From Actinomycetota bacterium (GTDB lineage: Bacteria > Actinomycetota > UBA4738 > JACQTL01): a stretch of 64,000 nt of DNA. A program made the translations under genes and the position numbers. Of this stretch, positions 21,240 through 29,989 are shown in pieces. The stretch covers positions 6,852-70,851 of the forward strand of contig JBHELK010000080.1 in assembly GCA_046263085.1 (NCBI GenBank). Direction: 5' to 3'. The stretch's first letter is position 1, and every line of letters begins with the position of its first letter. The notes beneath the pieces were generated by a model. It saw only the letters and a list, made by a program, of their open reading frames with translations, did not search any database and had not been told where the DNA came from.

Positions 21240-21680
21240 CTACCGCTTGCGAGCGGTGGACTTGCGAGCCGTCGACTTGCGCCGTGTCGACTTGCGAGCC
21301 GTCGACTTGCGGGCAGTCGACTTGCGGGCAGTCGACTTGCGCGCCGTCGACTTGCGAGCGGTCGACTTGCGAGCGGTGGACTTCCTCGCCGTCGACTTCC
21401 TCCTCGCGGGAGCCTTCCGTGCGGTCGACTTCCTCCGTGCCGTCGACTTGCGAGCGGTCGACTTACGCGCGGTGGACTTCCTCCTCGCGGGAGCCTTGCG
21501 GGCAGTCGACTTCCTCCGTGCCGTCGACTTACGCGCGGTGGACTTCCTCCTCGCGGGAGCCTTCCGGGCGGTCGTCTTCCTAGCGGTTGACTTCCTCCTG
21601 GACGCAGCCTTCCGCGTACCCGTCGATCGCTTCGCCGTCGACTTCTTCCTGGCGGTGCTCTTCCTCCGGGCGGTGGCCAT
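21240..21680 (-). CDS. Highly basic low-complexity protein made of ARKST/KSTAR pentapeptide tandem repeats; putative histone H1-like / nucleoid-associated protein.
   Basis: 146 aa built almost only from K, R, S, T and A, encoded by roughly 25 copies of a 15-bp unit. An AAAGGGGGTG Shine-Dalgarno sequence lies 5 nt before the ATG at 21680. It is 20 nt downstream of whiB on the same strand. Confidence 0.7.
   Translation of the reverse strand: MATARRKSTARKKSTAKRSTGTRKAASRRKSTARKTTARKAPARRKSTARKSTARRKSTARKAPARRKSTARKSTARKSTARRKSTARKAPARRKSTARKSTARKSTARKSTARKSTARKSTARKSTARKSTRRKSTARKSTARKR
21243..21660. repeat. Imperfect tandem array of a 15-bp unit (consensus cgagcGgtcgacttg), about 25-28 copies, in frame within a CDS.
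   Basis: Directly visible periodicity of gtcgacttgcgagc/gggcag/gcgcc variants. Confidence 0.9.
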
Positions 21681-21701
21681 GTGTCACCCCCTTTCAGCCT
21701 G

Positions 21702-21935
21702 TCAGGACGCCATTCGTTTCAGGCGTCGGCGTTCCCGTTCGCTCATGCCGCCCCATACGCCGTATCGCTCGTCGCGACGCAGCGCGTAGTTCAGGCACTC
21801 GATGCGAACGGGACAGTCCGCGCAGATGCGCTTGGCCTCTCGGGATGAGCCGCCCTTCTCGGGGAAGAAGACTTCGGGATCGTGTTCCCGACACCTGGCC
21901 CGCTCTTGCCAAGGGATGAAGTGATGCACCGCCAT
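21702..21935 (-). CDS. whiB: WhiB-family [4Fe-4S] transcriptional regulator (WhiB2-like by synteny).
   Basis: Four Cys (CREHDPEVFFP...CADCPVRIECLNYA) plus the GVWGG...RRR C-terminal motif. GGGGAGGGG Shine-Dalgarno sequence. Confidence 0.92.
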   Translation of the reverse strand: MAVHHFIPWQERARCREHDPEVFFPEKGGSSREAKRICADCPVRIECLNYALRRDERYGVWGGMSERERRRLKRMAS

Positions 21936-21944
21936 CCCCTCCCC

Positions 21945-21970
21945 TCAGAATCACACTGGTGTGATTCTGA
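21945..21970. promoter_or_regulatory. 26-bp palindrome TCAGAATCACAC-tg-GTGTGATTCTGA abutting the whiB Shine-Dalgarno sequence; core aTCACA-N4-TGTGAt.
   Basis: Perfect 12-bp inverted arms. The palindrome is located 9 nt upstream of the whiB ATG. Confidence 0.6.
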
Positions 21971-22198
21971 CGGATGAAGAGGCGTTTTGGCAAGAGGCAA
22001 GTTGCCCCTCGGACGGTTTTTCTCATCGCAACACAAAATCTTGGCGGTCCGTGCAACGACGTTCAAGGGGTTTTGGGGAAAAACTTGCTGGTCAAGCTAG
22101 TTGACGTATTCGGTCAACGAGCTTGACGGAATCGGGGGATGGGGCTCGTCTGGGGTGTGGATAACTGCGCCGGTTCGCGTGATGGCGTTGTGGAAAAC

Positions 22199-24778
22199 TC
22201 AGCGTGGAGCCGGCGCATCGCGCACGGATCGCACTCGTCCGTACGTCGTCGTACGTTCCGCGGGGATGCGTCCGATCGCGCGGATCGCCGCGATGAGCTC
22301 GTGCGGTTCCTTGCGGATCCCCCACTCCGCGCCGGCCATGCGGCTGATCGTCTCCTCCATCAACGTGCCGCCGAAATCGTTCGCTCCGCCTCGAAGGAGC
22401 AGCTGACAGGCGTCCATCCCCATCTTCACCCACGAGACCTGCACGTTCGGGATGCGCCCGTGCAGCAGGATCCGGGCGACGGCGTGCATGCGCCGGTTGT
22501 CGTCGTGGGAGGGGCCCGGCCTCGCCTTCCCCGCGAGATAGATCGGCGAGCTCTGGTGGACGAACGGCAGGGGAACGAACTCCGTGAAACCTCCGGTCTC
22601 GTCCTGGATCCGGGCCAGGCGCCTGATGTGGGCCACCCAGTGCGGCGGCGCGTCGACGTGCCCGTACATGATCGTGGAGGAGCTCGGCAGGCCCACCGCG
22701 TGGGCGGTCTTCACGACCTCCTCCCCGGAGTCCGCCGGCAGCTTGCCCTTGGTGAGCACCCACCGGACCTCGTCGTCGAGGATCTCCGCCGCCGTCCCCG
22801 GGATCGAGCCCAGACCGCGGGCCCGGGCCTCCTCCAGGAACTCCCGGAAGGAGATCCCGAGCCGGCTGGAGCCGTTCAGGATCTCCATCGGGCTGAACGC
22901 GTGCACGTGCATCGCCGGCACGCGCTCCTTCACCGCATCGAGGATCTGGAAGTAGAAGTCGCCGGGGAGGCTCGGGTGTAGCCCGCCCTGGATGCAGACC
23001 TCGGTGGCGCCGTAGGTCCACGCTTCCTCCGCGCGGTCGGCGATCTCGCTCAGGCGGAGCGTGTAGGACTCCGGATCCACCTCCCGTTGCGCGAACGCGC
23101 AGAACCGGCAGCCCGTGTAGCAGACGTTCGTGAAGTTGATGTTGCGGTTGACCACATAGGTCACCTCGTCGCCGGCCACGTCTCGGCGGAGGTCGTCGGC
23201 GACGGCGCACAGGGTCTCGAGGGCGTCTCCCTCGGTCTCGAACAGCGCGACGGCTTCCGCGTCGGTGATGTCGTCCGGCCGCCCCGCGGTGGCCTTCTTC
23301 AACGCGTTCAGGACCTGGCGATCCGTGCGGGCCTGGTCTCGCTCACGACCGGCCCACTCCCGGGTGGCCGTGACCTCCAGTGCGTCCCAGTCGCCATGGA
23401 CCGCCACGGTGTCCTCTCGCAGGCCCTGGCTCGGCGCCTTGGAGAAGGTCAGGGCGATCCGGCGGGGCTTCCACTGGACGTCCGGGTCCTGCCACGGGAT
23501 CGGCTCGGGGCGATGACCCTCCCGGGCCAGCCCGTCGTCGGCGACGAGCGCCGCCACCGGCCCCTGCATCTTCCCGGCGATCCACGGGTCGGGGCGCAGC
23601 GCGTACTCGGGATGGACGGCGAGGCGTTCGCGGAGCACGTGGCCGCGTGCCGCCGTCGCTTCTCGCAGGCGTTCGACCTGGGGCCACGGCTTCTCCGGGT
23701 TCACGTGATCGGGCGTGAGCGGCGACACGCCGCCGTAGTCGTCGATGCCCGCCTCGATGAGGCGCGGATACCGTTCATCGGAGAGGTTGGGCGGTGCCTG
23801 CACGTGCATGCGGGCGCCGAACATGATGCGGGCCACGGCGATCGAGGCCAGGTACTCGTCGTGATCCGCATCGGGGTGTCCCTGCATCGCGGTCCCGGGC
23901 TTGGCCCGGAAGTTCTGCACGAGGATCTCCTGCACGTGCCGGTACTTCGCGTGCAGGTGCCTGATGGCGAGCAGCGACTCCGCGCGCTCGCGCAGCGTCT
24001 CGCCGATGCCGACGAGGATGCCCGTGGTGAACGGGACGGACAGGCGTCCGGCGTCCTCGATCGTCCGCAGCCGGACGGCCGGCACCTTGTCCGGCGACCC
24101 GAAGTGGGGGCCTCCCTTGCCGCTCAGGCGATCGGAGGACGTCTCGAGCATCAGGCCCATCGAGGCGCTCACGTGCTTGAGGCGGGCCATGTCCTCCCAC
24201 GTCATCACGCCGGGATTCAGGTGCGGGAGCAGCCCGGTCTCCTCGATGACGAGGATCGACATCGCCCGCACGTACGCCAGGGTCGAGTCGTACCCGCGGG
24301 CGTCGAGCCACGCACGAGCCTCGGGGTAGCGATCCTCGGGCTTGTCGCCGAGGGTGAAGAGCGCCTCCTTGCACTGGAGATCGCGACCCCTGCCCGCGAT
24401 CTCCAGGACCCGCTCCGGAGTGAGGAACGCCTCCTCCAGCTTCGCCGGCGGTTTGGCGAACGTGCAGTAGTGGCAGTGGTCGCGGCACAGCATGGTGAGC
24501 GGGATGAACACCTTGCGCGAATACGTGATCGTTCGGCCGTGGCCCAGATCCCGGATCCGCCGGGCGATGGCCATGACCGGCTCGAGGTCGTCGCCTCGAG
24601 CGCCGAGGAGCGCTTCGAGGTCGTCCACCGCGAGCGATTTCCCGGCATCCGCCCGAGCCAGGGCTCGCGACAAACCGTGCTCCAGACCCTTCCCCATCGG
24701 CGGCGAGCCTAGCACCGGCGCAGCTGAAGCCGGCCTTGCCCGCCCGGCCACTCGGTACGACACTTCGACCGTGGACAT
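22199..24778 (-). CDS. fbiC: FO synthase FbiC (fused CofG/CofH radical-SAM domains), F420 biosynthesis.
   Basis: 859 aa with two radical-SAM CxxxCxxC motifs (CRDHCHYCTFAK; CYTGCRFCAF). Co-linear with M. tuberculosis FbiC. The start could instead be at 24697. Confidence 0.92.
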   Translation of the reverse strand: MSTVEVSYRVAGRARPASAAPVLGSPPMGKGLEHGLSRALARADAGKSLAVDDLEALLGARGDDLEPVMAIARRIRDLGHGRTITYSRKVFIPLTMLCRDHCHYCTFAKPPAKLEEAFLTPERVLEIAGRGRDLQCKEALFTLGDKPEDRYPEARAWLDARGYDSTLAYVRAMSILVIEETGLLPHLNPGVMTWEDMARLKHVSASMGLMLETSSDRLSGKGGPHFGSPDKVPAVRLRTIEDAGRLSVPFTTGILVGIGETLRERAESLLAIRHLHAKYRHVQEILVQNFRAKPGTAMQGHPDADHDEYLASIAVARIMFGARMHVQAPPNLSDERYPRLIEAGIDDYGGVSPLTPDHVNPEKPWPQVERLREATAARGHVLRERLAVHPEYALRPDPWIAGKMQGPVAALVADDGLAREGHRPEPIPWQDPDVQWKPRRIALTFSKAPSQGLREDTVAVHGDWDALEVTATREWAGRERDQARTDRQVLNALKKATAGRPDDITDAEAVALFETEGDALETLCAVADDLRRDVAGDEVTYVVNRNINFTNVCYTGCRFCAFAQREVDPESYTLRLSEIADRAEEAWTYGATEVCIQGGLHPSLPGDFYFQILDAVKERVPAMHVHAFSPMEILNGSSRLGISFREFLEEARARGLGSIPGTAAEILDDEVRWVLTKGKLPADSGEEVVKTAHAVGLPSSSTIMYGHVDAPPHWVAHIRRLARIQDETGGFTEFVPLPFVHQSSPIYLAGKARPGPSHDDNRRMHAVARILLHGRIPNVQVSWVKMGMDACQLLLRGGANDFGGTLMEETISRMAGAEWGIRKEPHELIAAIRAIGRIPAERTTTYGRVRSVRDAPAPR

Positions 24779-24902
24779 CCCGGAGACGCAGTACGCGAAG
24801 AGCGACGGTGTCGAGATCGCCGGGTCGGGAGAGGTCCTGGTGTCGGGTACGGTGAGGGATCTCGTGGCCGGATCGGGGATCGAGTTCCGTGAACATGCCT
24901 GA
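24774..24902 (+). pseudogene. Roughly 130-bp relic of a paralog of the downstream alpha/beta-hydrolase–cyclase gene: its 5' head and 3' tail are joined directly.
   Basis: 24790-24831 is about 83% identical to 24897-24938 (PETQYAKSDGVEIA vs PETKYAKSGDVSIA). 24832-24891 is about 73% identical to 26090-26149 (GEVLVSGTVRDLVAGSGIEF vs GEVLVSGTVKDLACGSGIEF). Confidence 0.6.
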
Positions 24903-26223
24903 GACGAAGTACGCGAAGAGCGGCGACGTCAGCATCGCCTATCAGGTCGCGGGCGATGGCCCACGCGACCTCGTGTTCGTCTCGGGGTTCGCCACCCACG
25001 TGGAGCTCGCCTGGGAGTTCCCGCCGCTCGTCCGGTTCCTGACCCGGCTGGCCTCGTTCTCCCGTCTCATCGTCCTCGACAAGCGAGGCACGGGCCTGTC
25101 GGACCCCGTGACCGACGTCCCGACCCTCGAGACGAGGATGGACGACCTTCGGGCGGTGATGGACGCGGCGGGCTCCGAACGCGCCACGCTCTTCGGCCAT
25201 TCCGAGGGAGCGCCCATGTGCATCCTGTTCGCGGCGACGTACCCGGAGCGGACGACGAGCCTCGTGCTGTCGGGCGCGATGGCCAGGTCCACCTCCGACG
25301 ACGACTACCCCTTCGCCCTGTCGCCCGACGACTACCGGGCGGCCGCGAACGAGTTCATGGCCCCGGTCTGGGGGCAGGGGCTCCTCGACGAGGTGTTCGC
25401 GCCGAGCTTCGTGGACGACCCCGCCGCCCAGCGATGGTCCGCACGCCACGAGCGGTACTCGGCGACGCCCGCGATGATCATCCAGCTCTCGGAGATGTTC
25501 CTGGACGTCGACGTGCGGGACGTCCTGCCCGCGATCCACGTACCGACCCTCGTCCTCCACCGACGGCACGACCGCGTCGTGAGCCCGCTTGCGGGGAGAT
25601 GGGTGTCGGACCACATCGCCGGCGCGCGATTCATCGAGCTGGAGGGCAACGATCACCTCCCGTGGGCCGGGGACCAGGATGCGTTCCTCGACCAGGTCGA
25701 GGAGTTCGTGACCGGGAGCCGCCCCGTCGCGGAACCCGACCGGGTGCTCGCCACGGTCCTGTTCACCGACATCGTGGGATCCACGGAGCGCGCCGCCGAG
25801 CTCGGGGACCGCGGATGGAAGGAGGTGCTCGCCGCCCACGACGATCTGATCCGCCGGGAGCTCGATCGTTTCCGGGGGAAGTTGGTCAAGACGACCGGCG
25901 ACGGGCTGCTCGCCACGTTCGACGGCCCGGCGCGGGCGGTGCGGTGTGCGGAGGCCATCGTCGGGTCGCTCCGGACGCACGGGCTGGAGATCCGCGCCGG
26001 CGCGCACACCGGGGAGATCGAGCTCATGGGGGACGACGTCGGCGGCATCGCCGTGCACATCGGGGCTCGGGTCTCCTCGCTGGCCGGCCCGGGCGAGGTG
26101 CTCGTGTCCGGGACGGTGAAGGATCTGGCCTGCGGGTCCGGCATCGAATTCGAGGACCGCGGCATGCACGCCCTGAAGGGCGTCCCGGACGAGTGGCGGG
26201 TATACGCGGTCACATCCACATGA
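24889..26223 (+). CDS. Alpha/beta-hydrolase fused to a class III adenylate/guanylate cyclase domain (LipJ-like architecture).
   Basis: N-terminal AB-hydrolase (GHSEGAPM nucleophile elbow). C-terminal CHD (LFTDIVGSTE...KTTGDGLLATF...GAHTGE). Its stop overlaps the fbiA start (ATGA). Confidence 0.85.
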   Translation: MNMPETKYAKSGDVSIAYQVAGDGPRDLVFVSGFATHVELAWEFPPLVRFLTRLASFSRLIVLDKRGTGLSDPVTDVPTLETRMDDLRAVMDAAGSERATLFGHSEGAPMCILFAATYPERTTSLVLSGAMARSTSDDDYPFALSPDDYRAAANEFMAPVWGQGLLDEVFAPSFVDDPAAQRWSARHERYSATPAMIIQLSEMFLDVDVRDVLPAIHVPTLVLHRRHDRVVSPLAGRWVSDHIAGARFIELEGNDHLPWAGDQDAFLDQVEEFVTGSRPVAEPDRVLATVLFTDIVGSTERAAELGDRGWKEVLAAHDDLIRRELDRFRGKLVKTTGDGLLATFDGPARAVRCAEAIVGSLRTHGLEIRAGAHTGEIELMGDDVGGIAVHIGARVSSLAGPGEVLVSGTVKDLACGSGIEFEDRGMHALKGVPDEWRVYAVTST

Positions 26224-27152
26224 GGGTCGCCGCGCTGGCCGGCGGCGTCGGGGCCGGGAAGTTCCTGCGAGGGCTGGTCAGAACGGTTGCGCCGGAGGAC
26301 GTCACGGTCGTCGGCAACACCGGCGACGACATCGAGGTCCACGGGCTGCATGTCTCGCCCGATCTCGACTCGGTCATGTACTGGTTGGCCGGGGTGGCCG
26401 ACCGCGAGCGCGGCTGGGGCCGGGAGGGCGAGACGTTCCGGGCCACGGAGGAGCTGCGCCGCCTCGGGGTGGAGGGCTCGTGGTTCGGCTTGGGTGACCT
26501 CGACCTCGCCACGCATCTGCGTCGAACGTCCCTGATGCGCACGGGGCGCTCGCTGTCCGAAGCGACCGCCGAGCTCTGCCGGCAGTTCGGCGTGCCCGCC
26601 CGGGTCCTGCCGATGAGCGAGGAGCCGGCGGCGACGGAGATGCGGATCGTCGATCACGACCGCGGCGACGTCTTCATCCACTTCCAGGAGTACTGGGTGC
26701 AGCGGGGCGCGGCCGACGACCTGAAATCGATCCGGTACGGGGGCGAGCGGGTGCGCCCGGCGCCCGGGGTCGTGGAAGCCATCGAGAGCGCCGACGCCGT
26801 CGTGATCTGTCCGTCGAACCCCGTGGCCTCGATCGCGCCGATCCTCGCCGTTCCGGGCATCCGCGACGCCGTCCGGCGATCGTCGAGCGTCGTGGGCATC
26901 TCACCGATCGTGGGCGGCGCTCCCCTGCGGGGGATGGCGGACAAGCTGATGCCGACGGCGGGCTTCGAGGTCACGGCCGTGGGCGCGGCCGAGTTCTACG
27001 GCGACCTGCTCGGAGCGTGGGTGATCGACGAGCGCGACCGGTCGCTGGCGGGATGGACCGGCGGGCCGCGGGTCGGCGTCACGGACACCGTGATGGACGA
27101 CGACGCTAAGGCCGAGGCGCTGGCCCGGTTCGCCCTGGAGCTGGTGGGGTGA
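26220..27152 (+). CDS. fbiA: 2-phospho-L-lactate transferase CofD/FbiA.
   Basis: MRVAALAGGVGAGKFLRGL N-terminus and overall CofD similarity. Followed by fbiB. Confidence 0.9.
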   Translation: MRVAALAGGVGAGKFLRGLVRTVAPEDVTVVGNTGDDIEVHGLHVSPDLDSVMYWLAGVADRERGWGREGETFRATEELRRLGVEGSWFGLGDLDLATHLRRTSLMRTGRSLSEATAELCRQFGVPARVLPMSEEPAATEMRIVDHDRGDVFIHFQEYWVQRGAADDLKSIRYGGERVRPAPGVVEAIESADAVVICPSNPVASIAPILAVPGIRDAVRRSSSVVGISPIVGGAPLRGMADKLMPTAGFEVTAVGAAEFYGDLLGAWVIDERDRSLAGWTGGPRVGVTDTVMDDDAKAEALARFALELVG

Positions 27153-28429
27153 CGATCGAGGTCGTCCCGATCGAGGGGCTGCCGGAGATCCGCCCGGGCG
27201 ACGACCTTTCGGCGTTGCTCGCCTCGGCGGCCGCCGGCATCCGTTCCGGCGACGTGCTCGTGGTCACGCAGAAGATCGTGTCCAAAGCCGAGGGGCGACT
27301 GGTCCGGGAGGATTACGGGCGTGCCCCGTGGGTGGACCGGGAGACGCGCCGGGTGGTGGCCCGCCGGGGCGACGTCGTGATCGCGGAGACGCGCCACGGC
27401 CTGGTGTGCGCGAACGCGGGGGTCGACGCCTCGAACGTCGAGCCCGGCTGGATCGCGCTGCTGCCCGAGGATCCGGACGCTTCGGCCGAGCGGATCCGGT
27501 CGCGTCTGGTGGCCGACCTCGGTGTCGATGCCGGCGTGATCGTCACCGACACGTTCGGACGGCCGTGGCGGACCGGGCTCGTGAACGTCGCCATCGGCGT
27601 CGCCGGTTTCCCGGCGCTCGTCGATCTGCGCGGGCACAAGGACCACCACGGACGGGTCCTGGGCGCCACGGTGGTCGCGGTGGCCGACGAGGTCGCGGCG
27701 GCCAGCGGCCTCGTCATGGGCAAGGACGCCATGGTTCCCGCGGCGATCGTGCGGGGGCTGACGCCGATGGCCCCGCCGGGACGAGCGGCCGAGTTGATCC
27801 GCCCTGCCGAGGAGGACCTGTTCCGGGAGTCGCCGCTGCAGTCGATCCATGCCCGGCGCTCGATCCGCACGTTCGGCGCGGGCCCCGTGGGGCGCGAGGA
27901 GCTCGAGGAGGCGATCCGAGCGGCCTGCACGGCCCCCGCCCCGCACCACACGCGGCCGTGGCTGTTCGTGGTGCTGGACTCGGACGCCGCGAAACGCCGT
28001 CTGCTCGGGGCCATGTCGGAAGCGTGGGTCCGCGACCTGCGCGGCGACGCCACGCCGGAGGAGGTTATCGAGCGCCGGCTGCAGCGCTCCGACGCGTTGC
28101 TCGGCGCGGCGCCGGTGATCATCGTCCCCGCGATCCGGCTCGCCGGCGCGCACCACTACCCCGACGAAGAACGAAGCGCAGCCGAGCGCGAGATGTTCCT
28201 GCTCTCCGCGGGGGCGGCGGTGCAGAGCCTGATGCTGGCGCTGCATGCGCAGGGCCTGGCGTCGTGCTGGGTGTCGTCCACCCTGTTCTGCAAGGAGGAG
28301 ACCCGCGGCGCGCTCGGCCTGGGCGAGGACTGGGAGCCGATGGGCGCCATCGCCTGCGGGCGCGCGCCCACCGATCGGCCCGAGCCGCGCCCCCACGTGC
28401 CGATCGAGGAGATCGCCAGGTTCCTCTAG
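27149..28429 (+). CDS. fbiB: F420-0:gamma-glutamyl ligase CofE fused to a nitroreductase-like domain (FbiB).
   Basis: 426 aa with an N-terminal CofE domain (DVLVVTQKIVSKAEG) and a C-terminal NADH-oxidase/nitroreductase-like domain. Confidence 0.88.
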   Translation: MTIEVVPIEGLPEIRPGDDLSALLASAAAGIRSGDVLVVTQKIVSKAEGRLVREDYGRAPWVDRETRRVVARRGDVVIAETRHGLVCANAGVDASNVEPGWIALLPEDPDASAERIRSRLVADLGVDAGVIVTDTFGRPWRTGLVNVAIGVAGFPALVDLRGHKDHHGRVLGATVVAVADEVAAASGLVMGKDAMVPAAIVRGLTPMAPPGRAAELIRPAEEDLFRESPLQSIHARRSIRTFGAGPVGREELEEAIRAACTAPAPHHTRPWLFVVLDSDAAKRRLLGAMSEAWVRDLRGDATPEEVIERRLQRSDALLGAAPVIIVPAIRLAGAHHYPDEERSAAEREMFLLSAGAAVQSLMLALHAQGLASCWVSSTLFCKEETRGALGLGEDWEPMGAIACGRAPTDRPEPRPHVPIEEIARFL

Positions 28430-29853
28430 GCCAGCAGGCCGTGGATGAAGTACCAGGCGAACACGCCCGACACGATCACCATCAGCGGATGAACCTCACG
28501 CCACTTGCCACTGAGCAGATGGATCACCGTGTAGGCCAGGAAGCCCGCCCCGACGCCGTTCGTGATGCTGAACGTCGCCGGCATGATCAGCGCGGTCAGC
28601 AGCACCGGGACGCCGATCCCCGGGTCCTGGAGGTTCATGTCCTTGATCAGGGTGAGCATGAAGTAGCCCACGATGATCAAAACCGGGGCGGTCGCTTCGC
28701 TCGGGATCACGCCGGCGAACGACGACAGGAACAGCGACAGCAGGAACAGCACCCCGACGACCACCGAGGTCAGCCCGGTCCGGCCGCCCTCGGATACACC
28801 GGCCGCGCTCTCGATGTACGTCGTGTTCGACGACGCGGACGCGGCGCCGCCGGCGGCGGCCGCGAGCGAGTCGACGAGGAGAACCCGGTTGATCCCGGGC
28901 AGCCGACCCTGCTCGTCGAGCAGCCCGGCCTCGCCGCCGATCCCGACGACGGTGCCCATGGTGTCGAAGAAGTCCGACAGCATCACCGAGAGCACGACCG
29001 CGATGCCCGTGGCCACGCCGAGCACGTCCCACACGCCGGTCAGCGAGAACTTCCCGAGGAGGTCGAAGTGCGGCGCGCTGACCCACTTGTGCGGCACGAG
29101 GGCGACGCCGGGGAAGTCCGCCCAGATCTTCCGGTGCCCCCAGCCGTAGTTGATGACGATGGACAGGACGGTGGTGAAGACGATGCCGAACAGAAGCGCG
29201 CCCCGGACGCGCCTCGCGACGAGCGCCGCCGTCACCGCGAACCCGATCACGAACGTGAGGATCTTGAGCGTGGTGAGGTCTGGGTTCAGCGTCACGATCG
29301 TCCCGGCCTCGGGGTGCACCACGATCCCGGCGTTCACCAGGCCGATGAACGCGATGAACAGGCCGATCCCCACCCCGATGGCCCGTTTCAGGTCCATGGG
29401 GATCGCGTTGAGGACCGCTTCCCGGAACCTGGTGAGCACGAGAACCGTGATCACGAGGCCCTCGATCACGATCACGCCCATGGCCTCGCGCCACGTGAGG
29501 CCGAGCGTCGCCACGAGCGTGAACGCCACGAAGGCGTTGAGGCCGAGGCCCGCGGCCAGGGCGAAGGGGTACCTCCCGTACACGCCCATGGCGATCGTGA
29601 TGACGCCGGCCACGAGGGCGGTCACCGCGAGCACCTGATCGAACGGGAGCGAGACCCCCGAGTGATCCTTGACCGACCCCAGGATCGAGGGGTTCACGAA
29701 CAGGATGTAGGACATCGTCAGCCACGTGGCGGCGCCGGCGACGAGCTCGGTGCGAACGGTCGATCCTCGCTCGGAGATCCTGAAGTACCGGTCCAGCCGG
29801 TCGTTCAGGGCGGAGGGCCCCCGCGAGGAGGGTGGGGCGGCCGTGGTGGCCAC
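28426..29853 (-). CDS. NCS2-family nucleobase permease (AzgA/PbuG-like).
   Basis: 475 aa, about 13 TM helices, NCS2-like motifs. Its stop codon overlaps the fbiB stop (CTAG). Confidence 0.75.
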   Translation of the reverse strand: MATTAAPPSSRGPSALNDRLDRYFRISERGSTVRTELVAGAATWLTMSYILFVNPSILGSVKDHSGVSLPFDQVLAVTALVAGVITIAMGVYGRYPFALAAGLGLNAFVAFTLVATLGLTWREAMGVIVIEGLVITVLVLTRFREAVLNAIPMDLKRAIGVGIGLFIAFIGLVNAGIVVHPEAGTIVTLNPDLTTLKILTFVIGFAVTAALVARRVRGALLFGIVFTTVLSIVINYGWGHRKIWADFPGVALVPHKWVSAPHFDLLGKFSLTGVWDVLGVATGIAVVLSVMLSDFFDTMGTVVGIGGEAGLLDEQGRLPGINRVLLVDSLAAAAGGAASASSNTTYIESAAGVSEGGRTGLTSVVVGVLFLLSLFLSSFAGVIPSEATAPVLIIVGYFMLTLIKDMNLQDPGIGVPVLLTALIMPATFSITNGVGAGFLAYTVIHLLSGKWREVHPLMVIVSGVFAWYFIHGLLA

Positions 29854-29989
29854 GTCACGCTCCTTTCATGTCATGTCATGAAGACGCCAGGGGAAGGCGG
29901 GGCGAAGCATAGGAAGCTCGGCAGCCGCGCGCAACGAGGCGACCGCGCTCTCTATCCTGGCCCGGACGCCGAGACCGAAGGAGCGTGCC

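Noticed and set aside
21243-21660. Possible CRISPR array suggested by the regular 15-bp periodicity.
   Set aside because: The units are contiguous with no spacers, the unit is only 15 bp, and the array is in frame inside a strongly signalled CDS. This is a coding minisatellite.
22092-23210. Track ORF of 372 aa on the minus strand.
   Set aside because: It is an alternate frame inside fbiC with R/P/G-rich composition.
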